24,000 bases of DNA from Thermococcus chitonophagus (GCF_002214605.1 NZ_CP015193.1:452978-476977); one strand, 5' to 3'; positions 1-8,462 are shown, counted from the stretch's first letter. The notes: a model not told the origin generated them from the sequence alone. Made by a program: numbers and translations.

Positions 1-303
1 TTCGTCGTTGACTACGTTGCCTCGGGGAAAGGGATCCTGGCGATAGAGCTTAACTTGGCAGTTCAGAGCGTGATGGAGAAGCCTGAGGTGCTCAATGTAA
101 GGGAGATTGAAGTCGACGACAAGTATGCTGTTGGCAAATTTAAGCTTGAGTTCGATAGGGAAGTTATGCTTTGGAAGTTCCCGGTGAAAACCTTAAGCCA
201 GAGCGAAAGCGGATGGGATTTTATTCAGCAGGGCGTTAGCTACACAGTGATGTTGCCTTTGGATGGGGAGGAGAGGCTGAGGATAAGGTTCAGGGAAGTT
301 TAA
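1..303 (+). CDS. 3' end (about 100 codons) of a gene entering from the left window edge; function unknown
   Basis: Frame 1 is open from base 1 (FVVDYVASGKGILAIELN...) and continuous with track ORF 55..303, with stop TAA at 301-303. The tail (WKFPVKTLSQSESGWDFIQQGVSY) vaguely recalls C-terminal beta-sandwich domains of archaeal GH57-type enzymes. That is recollection only. Confidence 0.5.
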   Translation, partial: FVVDYVASGKGILAIELNLAVQSVMEKPEVLNVREIEVDDKYAVGKFKLEFDREVMLWKFPVKTLSQSESGWDFIQQGVSYTVMLPLDGEERLRIRFREV

Positions 304-326
304 AGCCTCGGTTAGGGAGGCCCTCA

Positions 327-2612
327 TCACCGATCAGGGCCCGAAAGAGGCCTCATCGGCTTAATCTTTCCAGTTTTCTTTCTTCTCGTCAGGACATATG
401 CCCCAGCTAGCACCCATCCTAGCAATGAGTAATACCGCAGGTTAATAAATGGATCCCTATACACCCCTTCTATTTTGTGAACGCCTTTGGGGATGCTCAC
501 AACCATAAGGCCGGTTCTGTAGTCCCTCCAAACTTTCACTTCTCTGCCGTCTATGTAGACCTTCCAGTATGGATAGTATGCTATTGAGATTATGGCAGCT
601 ACCCCTGATGTGGAGTTGAGAGTTGCCCTAAACATCGTATCCCCAATTATGAAGTTTCCATACTCCAGAGAGGCGTTTTCATGCTTGGCTAGGGAGAATA
701 TGAAGTTTAGCTCCTTGCTTGAGTTCCAGTAAAGTGAGTGGAAGAGTAAGTTTCCACCAATGAAATAGATACGGCCTTTTCCTACGTCCTTAAACCCGAT
801 GAGGGTATAGTTGCTCACTTTAACAATGGGGGTCAGGTTCCCCTTAAAGACGGGTCCATACCATGTTTTTCCCTCATACACGAATGGTGCAAACCCCGTT
901 ACGTTGGGCATTGCTATTAAAACGCTTTTAATGCCCAGGAACTCTCCGGCCCTTTCAGGGATTACAATCAGGGTGCCTCCTTCCTTTACAAAGCCTAACA
1001 GGATTCTTTCTTCGCTCTTTTTGGGTTCTCCTAAGTACATTACAGTTCTTACCCCTTGGGGTATGTCAGTAAGTGAGGGCATGTATATATACCTGTAGGG
1101 AAGGTCATAGAACCTCCCAACGATTAGCAGATCTACAGGTGTAAAGAAGCTCGTATTAGCTTCATATATTCTGAACCTTCCAATTTTTCCGACGTATTTG
1201 TAGGGTTTCGGAACTGGTGACTGAATACTCGTTATGAAGAATCTCGCGGCATAGGGTAGGAGGTAGTGCTCCGCGAGATTGTTGTCTTGGCCATGGTGTA
1301 TCACTCTGTCAACAACATACACCATCCTAGAGTATTCTTTATCCGCAGGGTTGCCCTCATGGTACCAGCCGTTTAGACTTAGCTTACCTGTTAAAGCTGG
1401 GAGGTAAGAATAGGGGGCGACAGCTGGAACAACGTAAAACCTCCAGTCCCTCTCTTTCTCGTCTTTCAAGAACTCAGCGAGTTCCAAATAGTCTTTGGGC
1501 ATTCCTCCGATGGAGTAGGGTAGTACTAGAGTTACCGCGATAATTAGGGCAACTGCTGTTATCTTCACAATTGACTTCCTCTCGACTTCAGAACTTCCCA
1601 GGACTAAAACTAGAGGCAGAACATCAAGCCATCTGTAGGGAAGCATCTTGGAGAGCAGTGGCAAGCTATAGAAGCTTCTAACCGGTGAATAGTATCCCGT
1701 TGCAAGTATTATGAGCGTGACAGCTAATGTAATGTGTCTAATGGTTTTTCTAACACTCAAGAGCAGTGTAAGCAACAGCGGGACCATTAGGAGGAGGTAC
1801 TTTGATAGTAGGATCTCTTTAAGTTTTATTGACGTATATTCGAATAAGTATGGGTGTTTGGTTATTGTGAAGAAGTTGGAGTACCTGTAATCGAGGATAA
1901 ATGGCACGTAAAAGAAAGCCGTCAGCACAAGAATTATTCCAATAGCTCTCACTATATTATATCCGCTGGGGATTCTCCTTAAGTAAAGGACGGCCATTAG
2001 AACTACAAGGGGGAGGAGAGCCGAGTGGTGAGTTAGTAGGACTATCGAGACCAACATTGAGCCGAGGGTTATCTCTTTAGCACTCCCCTCTAATATCAGC
2101 TTTGCTCCCAAGATGAAGGCTGGGGCTACGAGAAGTGCACACAGCCTTGGATATGCACCTTCAATTGTCACTATTGGAGAGTGCGCAAGCAGTGTTGGAT
2201 AAAGTAATGACAGTGGCACGTTTTTAGTCAGCTTATAGAGGGAGGCCATTCCAATTAATGAAAATAGAGTTAATGTTATGGCTAGTCCCCGAATAGGTGT
2301 TCCTAGAATTTTCCCAAAGAAGGCAGCGACTAAGTATGAGAGGGGCGGGTAATACTTGAGAAATGGATATCCCGTGTACCAGTCATTTATCCATGGCTTC
2401 CATCCATCCTGAATGAGCTTATAAACTTTAAACAAGTGCCCATTTCCATCAACAGGAAGGGCGGGGATTTCGGGAGCTCTATAGAATGGTAGAAAGATAA
2501 TAATTGACCAAACGATGAATATTCCGGCGATTGCTATATTTCTTCTAAAATCTCCCTTAGTCCCCTTATCGTAGCTGAAAAGTAGCAGCCATCTTCTCCT
2601 CTGGCTACCCAC
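327..2612 (-). CDS. Large polytopic membrane protein (761 aa), possibly a GT-C-fold glycosyltransferase or polysaccharide-handling protein
   Basis: About 11-12 hydrophobic helices lie in the first ~370 aa. An acidic/aromatic first loop reads DGWKPWINDWYTGYPFLKYYPPLSYL. A ~370-aa non-hydrophobic domain carries 7 N-X-S/T sequons (NTS, NVT, NLT, NYT, NSS, NAS, NST), suggesting extracytoplasmic exposure. A C-terminal anchor helix (YYSLLGWVLAGAYVLT) is followed by a basic tail. No STT3 WWDYG motif was seen. ATG 2612 is the only canonical start before TM1. Confidence 0.75.
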   Translation of the reverse strand: MGSQRRRWLLLFSYDKGTKGDFRRNIAIAGIFIVWSIIIFLPFYRAPEIPALPVDGNGHLFKVYKLIQDGWKPWINDWYTGYPFLKYYPPLSYLVAAFFGKILGTPIRGLAITLTLFSLIGMASLYKLTKNVPLSLLYPTLLAHSPIVTIEGAYPRLCALLVAPAFILGAKLILEGSAKEITLGSMLVSIVLLTHHSALLPLVVLMAVLYLRRIPSGYNIVRAIGIILVLTAFFYVPFILDYRYSNFFTITKHPYLFEYTSIKLKEILLSKYLLLMVPLLLTLLLSVRKTIRHITLAVTLIILATGYYSPVRSFYSLPLLSKMLPYRWLDVLPLVLVLGSSEVERKSIVKITAVALIIAVTLVLPYSIGGMPKDYLELAEFLKDEKERDWRFYVVPAVAPYSYLPALTGKLSLNGWYHEGNPADKEYSRMVYVVDRVIHHGQDNNLAEHYLLPYAARFFITSIQSPVPKPYKYVGKIGRFRIYEANTSFFTPVDLLIVGRFYDLPYRYIYMPSLTDIPQGVRTVMYLGEPKKSEERILLGFVKEGGTLIVIPERAGEFLGIKSVLIAMPNVTGFAPFVYEGKTWYGPVFKGNLTPIVKVSNYTLIGFKDVGKGRIYFIGGNLLFHSLYWNSSKELNFIFSLAKHENASLEYGNFIIGDTMFRATLNSTSGVAAIISIAYYPYWKVYIDGREVKVWRDYRTGLMVVSIPKGVHKIEGVYRDPFINLRYYSLLGWVLAGAYVLTRRKKTGKIKPMRPLSGPDR

Positions 2613-2962
2613 GCCTCCTCACCTACCCTAATGAATTTCACCGTCCCTCTATTCTTTCTGATTAGTGTATACCCATCTCCTTCAGCTTCAAGTTCATGGG
2701 AAAAGCCAACTATTATTGAGTTCCGAAGGAATTTCTCGTGTTTTATGAGCCTTGATAATATTAGTTTCATATCTTCGTCGGGGGTCCAGATGATTATATT
2801 TCCAGTAGAGAATTCGTAGATTAGCTTAAATCGTGCTTTTCCCACATTACCTTGAGCGACTATCCTTTCCTGGCTCGAGGATTCCATGAACTCTCCTCCC
2901 TCCAAGAACTCTCGTATAAACGCCACTTGGTATGAAGGATTGACTATTTTTATCACGGCCAC
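2534..2962 (-). CDS. Hypothetical soluble protein (142 aa from GTG 2962; 117 aa if ATG 2887 is used)
   Basis: Intact ORF upstream of, and overlapping by 79 nt, the 761-aa membrane protein gene. I recognised no motif. A TATA-like element centred ~27 nt upstream of GTG 2962 supports a leaderless start there. ATG 2887 is preceded by GGAGGGAGGAG, so the start is ambiguous. Confidence 0.55.
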   Translation of the reverse strand: MAVIKIVNPSYQVAFIREFLEGGEFMESSSQERIVAQGNVGKARFKLIYEFSTGNIIIWTPDEDMKLILSRLIKHEKFLRNSIIVGFSHELEAEGDGYTLIRKNRGTVKFIRVGEEAWVARGEDGCYFSATIRGLREILEEI

Positions 2963-2971
2963 GCAAATCCT

Positions 2972-2981
2972 CTTAAAATAT
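2972..2981 (+). promoter_or_regulatory. Putative TATA box for the GT2 synthase gene (near-leaderless mRNA)
   Basis: cTTAAAATAt is centred ~31 nt upstream of ATG 3008. There is no Shine-Dalgarno sequence between them. Confidence 0.4.
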
Positions 2982-2983
2982 CC

Positions 2984-2994
2984 AATATAATAAA
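2984..2994 (-). promoter_or_regulatory. Putative TATA box for the 142-aa ORF / membrane protein operon
   Basis: The minus strand reads TTTATTATATT, centred ~27 nt upstream of GTG 2962. This is the classic archaeal TATA-to-TSS distance and implies a leaderless transcript. Confidence 0.4.
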
Positions 2995-3007
2995 CTATCG
3001 ATAACTC

Positions 3008-4345
3008 ATGAGACCTTCCTTGAGAATTCAGTCAACATTCTATCTGTACCTACTATTAGTCCTTGGGTTACTTGAGATATTCCCTCTCTGGCTCGTTTTG
3101 CAGGGCATACTGATCTTTCTGTTTTTCATGGTCTTTTCTGGTGCGATCTTCTACTCCCTCCTAATGCTGGCCACTAGAAGGGACTATCCCTTTGAAGTGC
3201 CTAATGATCCACCAACTCCTTTGGATCCGCTCGTTTATGTACTCATACCTGCCCACAATGAAGAATCAGTAATTAGAGCTACGGTAACGTCTGTATTAAA
3301 CCAAGATTACAAAAATATGCGAGTATTCCTGATAAACGATAACTCAACCGATGGAACCCTCGAGATATTCAGGGAATTTGAGAGAAAGGATAATAGAGTC
3401 GTTGGAATAAACGTACCCCCGGAGAGGGGGAGAAAAAAGCCCAAGGCCTTGAACTACGCGCTTGAGATAATAAGCATAGCCTTTCCAAAGCCTGAATTCG
3501 TGTTCATACTCGATGCTGACTACATAATACCCCGGGATGCAATAAGGAAACTAGTTAGGATAATGGAGAGAGCTCCAAACTACGTTATAGGAATCCAGGG
3601 AAACGTTAGGCCTAGAAACTGGAAGAGGAACTTCATAACTAAGTTCGTAACCCTTGAGAGGCTCGTTGGTTTTAACGTTGCCATAGAGGGGGATATGAAG
3701 CTTAATGAAAATGGTAAAAATGGTGGTACTGTAGTTCTCCTTAGGTATGATCACTTGTCAAGCCTTGGGTTCTTTAATGAGGATGTAGTCACCGAGGACA
3801 CGGAGCTTTGGGCGAGAGCATTTATCTCAGGATACAGGTTCTGGTATTATCATGGAGTTGTTGGGTGGGAGGAGGCTGTTGAGGATGTAAAGCATTACAT
3901 AAAGCAGAGGTCTAGATGGGCTCAAGGCCACTTCCAGGTTATGGTTGACTATTATTGGCCTGTTATTAGAGGGGCCTCGAGCATCTCTGAGGCCTTCATA
4001 GAGCATTTTTACCTTTTAAGCTATTTAGTCCCGGTTTTTTGGTTCTCATCAATTGTGCTTAACTCTTACTTAATGCTCATAGAGCAGCCGCCATCCTCAA
4101 TAATACCTCCAAAGGTTTCCCTGATTCTGGCCCTTCTCTCTTTCCTCCTGTTTTGGTTCTCAATAGCTTATTCTAACTGGGTTGAAAAGAAAAGAATGAG
4201 GTATCACGTCAACTGGACCTTTGTTCTAGCATATCCTCTGTACTTCTTGATATTCGTGGGGTTTTCTGTTGTTTACACTACGAGGGGGCTCGCTAGGCTG
4301 ATAATAGGAAAGCTCCAGTGGGAGAAAACTAAAAGATTTACTTAG
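3008..4345 (+). CDS. Membrane-integrated processive family-2 glycosyltransferase (cellulose/chitin/PNAG-synthase-like polysaccharide synthase)
   Basis: GT2 signatures appear in order: VLIPAHNEESVI, NDNSTDGT, ILDADY (DxD), TEDTEL and QRSRWAQG (the Q-x-x-R-W motif of processive beta-glycan synthases). Two N-terminal and 3-4 C-terminal TM helices flank the catalytic domain. Confidence 0.85.
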   Translation: MRPSLRIQSTFYLYLLLVLGLLEIFPLWLVLQGILIFLFFMVFSGAIFYSLLMLATRRDYPFEVPNDPPTPLDPLVYVLIPAHNEESVIRATVTSVLNQDYKNMRVFLINDNSTDGTLEIFREFERKDNRVVGINVPPERGRKKPKALNYALEIISIAFPKPEFVFILDADYIIPRDAIRKLVRIMERAPNYVIGIQGNVRPRNWKRNFITKFVTLERLVGFNVAIEGDMKLNENGKNGGTVVLLRYDHLSSLGFFNEDVVTEDTELWARAFISGYRFWYYHGVVGWEEAVEDVKHYIKQRSRWAQGHFQVMVDYYWPVIRGASSISEAFIEHFYLLSYLVPVFWFSSIVLNSYLMLIEQPPSSIIPPKVSLILALLSFLLFWFSIAYSNWVEKKRMRYHVNWTFVLAYPLYFLIFVGFSVVYTTRGLARLIIGKLQWEKTKRFT

Positions 4346-4835
4346 AAAAAGGATCTATTATAACGAGCAGGTCTATGTTGTTCATAGTCAGTTCAAAGTG
4401 GAGGTATGAGAGAACCATTAGGGACCGTATTTCACCGTATAGTATTATCTCAAAGAGACCTTTTACAGCAATTAGAGCCGCTAAGACTCCATAGCCTCCC
4501 TTTAGGACGTCTGCAACGGCAAGCACGAGGGAGATCATTATATGGAGGAACCCATATGATCCGAAGGGAGGTGAATACCTTCTGAAAAACATCCAGTATA
4601 GATTAAAACGAGTTCTCCTCAGCCTATCTAGGAAGTCTAGGTGCATTAAATACGTCGTCACGAAAAGGAAAGTTCCGACTAGGTACAGTATTGACCTATG
4701 GGGCTTTTCGCTAAATAAGTAAACCCCTACGATTATCGAGCAGAGTATTGCAGAGAGGATAGAGTATAGGGCATAGAGCTTAACGAGTTTGAGTAGCCTA
4801 ACCCTTTCCCTAGGTGCCTCGGAGATTATCTTCAT
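4338..4835 (-). CDS. Small integral membrane protein (165 aa, about 4 TM helices), function unknown
   Basis: The track ORF is 4338..4904. I prefer ATG 4835 (MKIISEAPRERV...), which cuts the overlap with the upstream ttuA gene from 95 nt to 26 nt. Hydrophobic segments include ALYSILSAILCSIIVGVYLF, ILYLVGTFLFVTTYL and FLHIMISLVLAVADVL. Confidence 0.6.
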   Translation of the reverse strand: MKIISEAPRERVRLLKLVKLYALYSILSAILCSIIVGVYLFSEKPHRSILYLVGTFLFVTTYLMHLDFLDRLRRTRFNLYWMFFRRYSPPFGSYGFLHIMISLVLAVADVLKGGYGVLAALIAVKGLFEIILYGEIRSLMVLSYLHFELTMNNIDLLVIIDPFSK

Positions 4836-5742
4836 CACGATCCACCTTAAAAGTGAGGGGCTCTTTAAGCCCCCAGAATCTACAGAATGCGCAAATTTCT
4901 CCACTCGACGGCATTCCGCAGATCTTGCACTCTCTTAGCTCCTTCTTTTCCACTTCGACTTCAAATAAACCTCTTTTTTTCAGGTACCCTCTTACGAACG
5001 TGAACTTCGTTCCGGGCCTCTTCTCCTCAAGCTCATTTAATATTGCCTTCATGTCGAGGGTTGTTGCTCCTCTCGCGTGTGGACACTCTTCGACGATGTA
5101 ATCTAGGCCAACCGCGAGGGCATACGCTACAACTTCTCTCTCCGTGAGCTCGTAGAGGGGCTTTACTTTTTTAACGAACTTATTCTCTCCGGGGAGCAGA
5201 GGGCCTCCTTTCGCTAGATATTCTGTGTTCCAGTGCAGAAGATTGTTGAGAAGGAACGAGGCTTCATCATCCAAGTTATGACCGGTTGCTATGGCATCAA
5301 AGTTGTTGTCGTAGGCGAACTTGTTCATTATGTATCTCTTCGTTAGTCCGCAGTAGGAGCATGGGGGTCTTCTCGTTTTTACCTCTCCTATACCGTATCC
5401 CAGGACTTCTTTTATCCGAACTATGTGGAGTGGGGCCCCGATTAAATCGCACTGCCTTTTTGCGAACTCCTCACTCTTCTTCGAATACTCTCCTATGCCT
5501 AGGTTTATGTGGAGGCACTCAATATTGTAACCTAGCTTGTTAAGAACATAAGCTGTAACCGCGGAGTCCTTACCACCGCTTATCGCTACGAGAACCTTTT
5601 CATCCTTTCGGAGAAGTTTGTACCTTTCTATTGTTCTCTGAACTTTTCTCTCAAAGTATTCGATGAAGTGATCAATGCAAAGATACGTTTTAGGATAATG
5701 GAGTTTTATGTAAGCTTCTTTTGAGCAAAATTTACATTTCAC
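4810..5742 (-). CDS. ttuA: tRNA 2-thiolation PP-loop ATPase, TtuA/TtcA family ([4Fe-4S]-dependent tRNA-5-methyluridine-54 2-sulfurtransferase)
   Basis: PP-loop motif SGGKDS is present. There are an N-terminal Cys pair (CKFC ... C), central cluster-ligand cysteines (PPCSYCG, ECPH) and a C-terminal zinc finger (CKIC...CAFC). It closely resembles my recollection of P. horikoshii TtuA, which starts MKCKFC. I therefore chose GTG 5742, preceded by GGTGA, rather than GTG 5751. Confidence 0.85.
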   Translation of the reverse strand: MKCKFCSKEAYIKLHYPKTYLCIDHFIEYFERKVQRTIERYKLLRKDEKVLVAISGGKDSAVTAYVLNKLGYNIECLHINLGIGEYSKKSEEFAKRQCDLIGAPLHIVRIKEVLGYGIGEVKTRRPPCSYCGLTKRYIMNKFAYDNNFDAIATGHNLDDEASFLLNNLLHWNTEYLAKGGPLLPGENKFVKKVKPLYELTEREVVAYALAVGLDYIVEECPHARGATTLDMKAILNELEEKRPGTKFTFVRGYLKKRGLFEVEVEKKELRECKICGMPSSGEICAFCRFWGLKEPLTFKVDRDEDNLRGT

Positions 5743-5775
5743 AATTCTCACCTTCCTGAGGTAAGAGAAAATCCT

Positions 5776-5785
5776 TAAAATTTTA
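5776..5785. promoter_or_regulatory. Palindromic AT element (TAAAATTTTA), candidate shared/bidirectional TATA between ttuA and the antiporter gene
   Basis: A perfect 10-bp palindrome sits in the 90-bp divergent spacer. AAGGAGGAG (5819-5827) lies upstream of ATG 5833 for the plus gene. Confidence 0.3.
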
Positions 5786-5832
5786 TACTACTCAAATATG
5801 TCCGGTACAGGCTACAATAAGGAGGAGTTTGT

Positions 5833-6972
5833 ATGGACGTATTCCTAGAATTGGCCCTGATCCTAATAATTGCGAAGGTCTTTGGATACATCTCACTTAG
5901 GCTCGGTTTTCCGGCTGCACTTGGCCAGCTCATTGGGGGGATAATAATAGGGCCCTCCCTTCTCGACCTCGTTTCTTACGGCCCCGAGGTGAGGCTGCTT
6001 GCAGAGCTTGGCGTTATAATCCTCCTATTCTTGGCTGGACTTGAAACCGATGTTGAGGAGTTCAAGCACGTTGGTCTCTCGGCCTTTATCATAGCTGTAA
6101 TGGGTGTTTTCTTCCCCCTCCTTTTGGGCTACGTTCTCGGGCTGGCTTTCGGCTTTACTGATATTCAGTCCCTCTTCTTGGGAGGAATACTAACGGCTAC
6201 GAGTGTTGGCTTGACAACGAGCATTCTAATGGAGATGAAGAAGCTGAGGACGAAAGTTGGGACTACGATACTTGCGGCGGCAGTAGTTGATGACATCCTG
6301 GGAATAATGATCCTAACGATATTGGTTGCAATGAACGTGAGGGGAAGCGTGAGGGTGCTTGACGTTATAATAATTCTCGTTGAAGTTGCCCTGTTCTTCC
6401 TCGCTGGCATATTCCTGGGGCACCCTGCAATTAGAGAGGCATTAAAGGTCTCCGAGAGGATAACCCTTCCAGAAACCGTAACAGCTTTCGCCCTAGCTAT
6501 AATGCTCTTCTTCGCTTATCTGGCTGAAAAGTTCCAGATAGCTGGGATCACCGGGGCTTACCTCGCGGGGATATTAGTTGCAACTACCGAGGAGGCAAAG
6601 AAGATAACGGACAGGATGATAACCATAGGCTACTCCCTATTCATCCCGATATTCTTGGTCAGCATAGGGATAGAGAGTGACATAACCGTTTTGCTCCATG
6701 CAGGACTCTTTGCTGGCCTGTACTCGCTGGTTGCGATAATAAGTAAAGTAATTGGATGTGGAATTGGGGCGCTAATGATGAAGTTCAAGCCCGTTGAAGC
6801 CCTTCAAGTAGGGGTTGGAATGGTCCCCAGGATGGAAGTAGCTTTAATCATGGCAAACATAGCCCTTAGGGAGGGAGTGTTCGATAGGGGATTGTTCGCT
6901 ATTCCCGTGACTATGGTAGTTGTAACAACATTAATTACTCCATTCCTTCTCAAGTGGGCGTTTTCAAAGTGA
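5833..6972 (+). CDS. Monovalent cation:proton antiporter, CPA2 (NapA/Kef-like Na+/H+ exchanger)
   Basis: 379 aa and almost entirely hydrophobic (about 11-12 TM helices). The N-terminus is typical of Na_H_exchanger family proteins (LELALILIIAKVFGYISLRLGFPAALGQLIGGIIIGPS). A strong SD precedes the ATG. Confidence 0.8.
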   Translation: MDVFLELALILIIAKVFGYISLRLGFPAALGQLIGGIIIGPSLLDLVSYGPEVRLLAELGVIILLFLAGLETDVEEFKHVGLSAFIIAVMGVFFPLLLGYVLGLAFGFTDIQSLFLGGILTATSVGLTTSILMEMKKLRTKVGTTILAAAVVDDILGIMILTILVAMNVRGSVRVLDVIIILVEVALFFLAGIFLGHPAIREALKVSERITLPETVTAFALAIMLFFAYLAEKFQIAGITGAYLAGILVATTEEAKKITDRMITIGYSLFIPIFLVSIGIESDITVLLHAGLFAGLYSLVAIISKVIGCGIGALMMKFKPVEALQVGVGMVPRMEVALIMANIALREGVFDRGLFAIPVTMVVVTTLITPFLLKWAFSK

Positions 6973-8415
6973 TTCTGGCTCTAGGCTTTCTATCTTCTGC
7001 TTCCAGTTCCCGGGCTTCTTAAAGTCCTTGAGATTGAAGAGGCCCTCCTTCACAAGTATTCCTCTCGCAGCCATGATTCCAGTTGCCGCAGCGTTGACGA
7101 TGTCCCTGCTCAACCCGGCCCCATCTCCCGCGGCGAATACGTTTTCTATGCTCGTTTCAAGCAGCTCGTTCACTTCGACCTTCATTGCATAGTACTTTAT
7201 CTCTGGGGCGTAGAGGAGGGTATGATCGCTTGCAACCCCGGGAATTACCTTGTCGAGCTTCTCAAGACCCTCAATTATGTTAGTGACAACCCTGTGAGGC
7301 AGGGCCATGGCTATATCTCCTGGGGTTACGTGCTTAAGTGTTGGCTCTACGTCGCTCTTCCTTATTCTTGACCATGTGCTCCTTCTTCCTCTTCTTAAAT
7401 CACCTAAACGCTGGATTATGGGCTTCCCTCCACCTATTGTTGTTGCTAGTTGAGCTATACTCCTTCCGTAAGCCGTTGTATCTTCCACGGGCTCGGTAAG
7501 CTCTATCCTAGTTAGAAAGGCGAAGTTCGTGTTGTTGCTCTTCTTCTCCCTCATTGAGTGTCCGTTAACGCCAACGTAGCTGTCGTACTTCTCCTCTACT
7601 ACGAAGCCGTATGGATTAGTACAGAAAGTCCTCACGAAGTCATCATAAGTATCTGTATAGATGTGGAACTTGGGATCGTGGTTTATGCTCGTTATCGGCT
7701 CCATGATAATTGCCGGGACCTCAACTCTAACTCCAACGTCTATTGGTCCATGCCTCGCTTTTAGCCCTATCTTCTTTGCAACATCATGGAACCACTCTGC
7801 TCCTCCCCTTCCCGGGGCCACGATTATGTACTTGGCCTCTATCGTGAAGATATCTTTACCCCTCTGAACCTTAACCCAGCCCCTGTTGAACTCCAAGGCC
7901 TTAGTCCAGAGCATGAACTTTACTCCCTTGCTCTCTAAGTACTGCTTGATGCTTTTAATTACCTTAGGGGTGTGATCGCTACCGATGTGCCTCTGAATTA
8001 TTGGGATGAACTTAACTCCTGCCTGAGCTGCCCTTCTTTCCCAATACCTAATTTGATCGGGATCTCCTTTGTACAGATTCCTGGGGGCCCCATGCTTAAG
8101 TAAGATCTGATCTACCTCCCAAACGAGTTGCCAAGAATAGTTCTCATCGTTAGTTAACTCCGTAAGATCCCCACCGATGTCGGGTCTTAGGTTAACAGTT
8201 CCATCACTTAGTCCTCCAGCTCCTCCAACACCGCTCATTATGTGGCAGGGCTTGCATCCGACACAGTAGCCGAGCTCGTACATTGGGCAGACTCTCTGGT
8301 CTACGTCTCCGCCCTCTTCAATAATTAGAATTCTCAGATTGCTTTTCTCGGCAAGTTCATAAGCCGCAAAAAGGCCTGCAGGACCGGCACCTATTATAAC
8401 GACATCGTACTTCAT
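6964..8415 (-). CDS. FAD-dependent oxidoreductase of the uncharacterised COG2509-like family, with a Cys-rich insert
   Basis: An N-terminal Rossmann dinucleotide motif reads DVVIIGAGPAGLFAAYELA...EEG, and a C-terminal FAD motif reads FAAGDGAG. The Cys motif is C-x7-C-x2-C-x2-C (CPMYELGYCVGCKPC). I moved the start to ATG 8415 (MKYDVVIIGAGPAG) because the best BRE/TATA (8449-8462) is only ~10 nt from ATG 8439. Confidence 0.75.
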   Translation of the reverse strand: MKYDVVIIGAGPAGLFAAYELAEKSNLRILIIEEGGDVDQRVCPMYELGYCVGCKPCHIMSGVGGAGGLSDGTVNLRPDIGGDLTELTNDENYSWQLVWEVDQILLKHGAPRNLYKGDPDQIRYWERRAAQAGVKFIPIIQRHIGSDHTPKVIKSIKQYLESKGVKFMLWTKALEFNRGWVKVQRGKDIFTIEAKYIIVAPGRGGAEWFHDVAKKIGLKARHGPIDVGVRVEVPAIIMEPITSINHDPKFHIYTDTYDDFVRTFCTNPYGFVVEEKYDSYVGVNGHSMREKKSNNTNFAFLTRIELTEPVEDTTAYGRSIAQLATTIGGGKPIIQRLGDLRRGRRSTWSRIRKSDVEPTLKHVTPGDIAMALPHRVVTNIIEGLEKLDKVIPGVASDHTLLYAPEIKYYAMKVEVNELLETSIENVFAAGDGAGLSRDIVNAAATGIMAARGILVKEGLFNLKDFKKPGNWKQKIESLEPESL

Positions 8416-8448
8416 TAGTTCCCTTACCGAGGTGCACATCTAATACCC

Positions 8449-8462
8449 TTATAAATCTTTTG
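8449..8462 (-). promoter_or_regulatory. BRE/TATA promoter for the FAD oxidoreductase gene
   Basis: The minus strand reads AAAAGATTTATAAG, a near-consensus archaeal BRE plus TATA. The predicted TSS is near 8426, which supports ATG 8415 as the start. Confidence 0.45.

Noticed and set aside
811-1098. Short plus-strand ORFs inside the 761-aa membrane protein gene (811..1098), and similar small ORFs antisense to other genes (2631..2819, 3551..3754, 4814..5101, 5286..5543, 6165..6410, 7558..7867, 8944..9213, 9759..10171, 12403..13104, 13369..13918, 15119..15307, 15621..15902, 16849..17052, 17413..17832, 18397..18603, 18899..19433)
   Set aside because: Each is fully nested in or antisense to a longer ORF with recognisable family motifs or membrane topology. 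None has its own expression signals.
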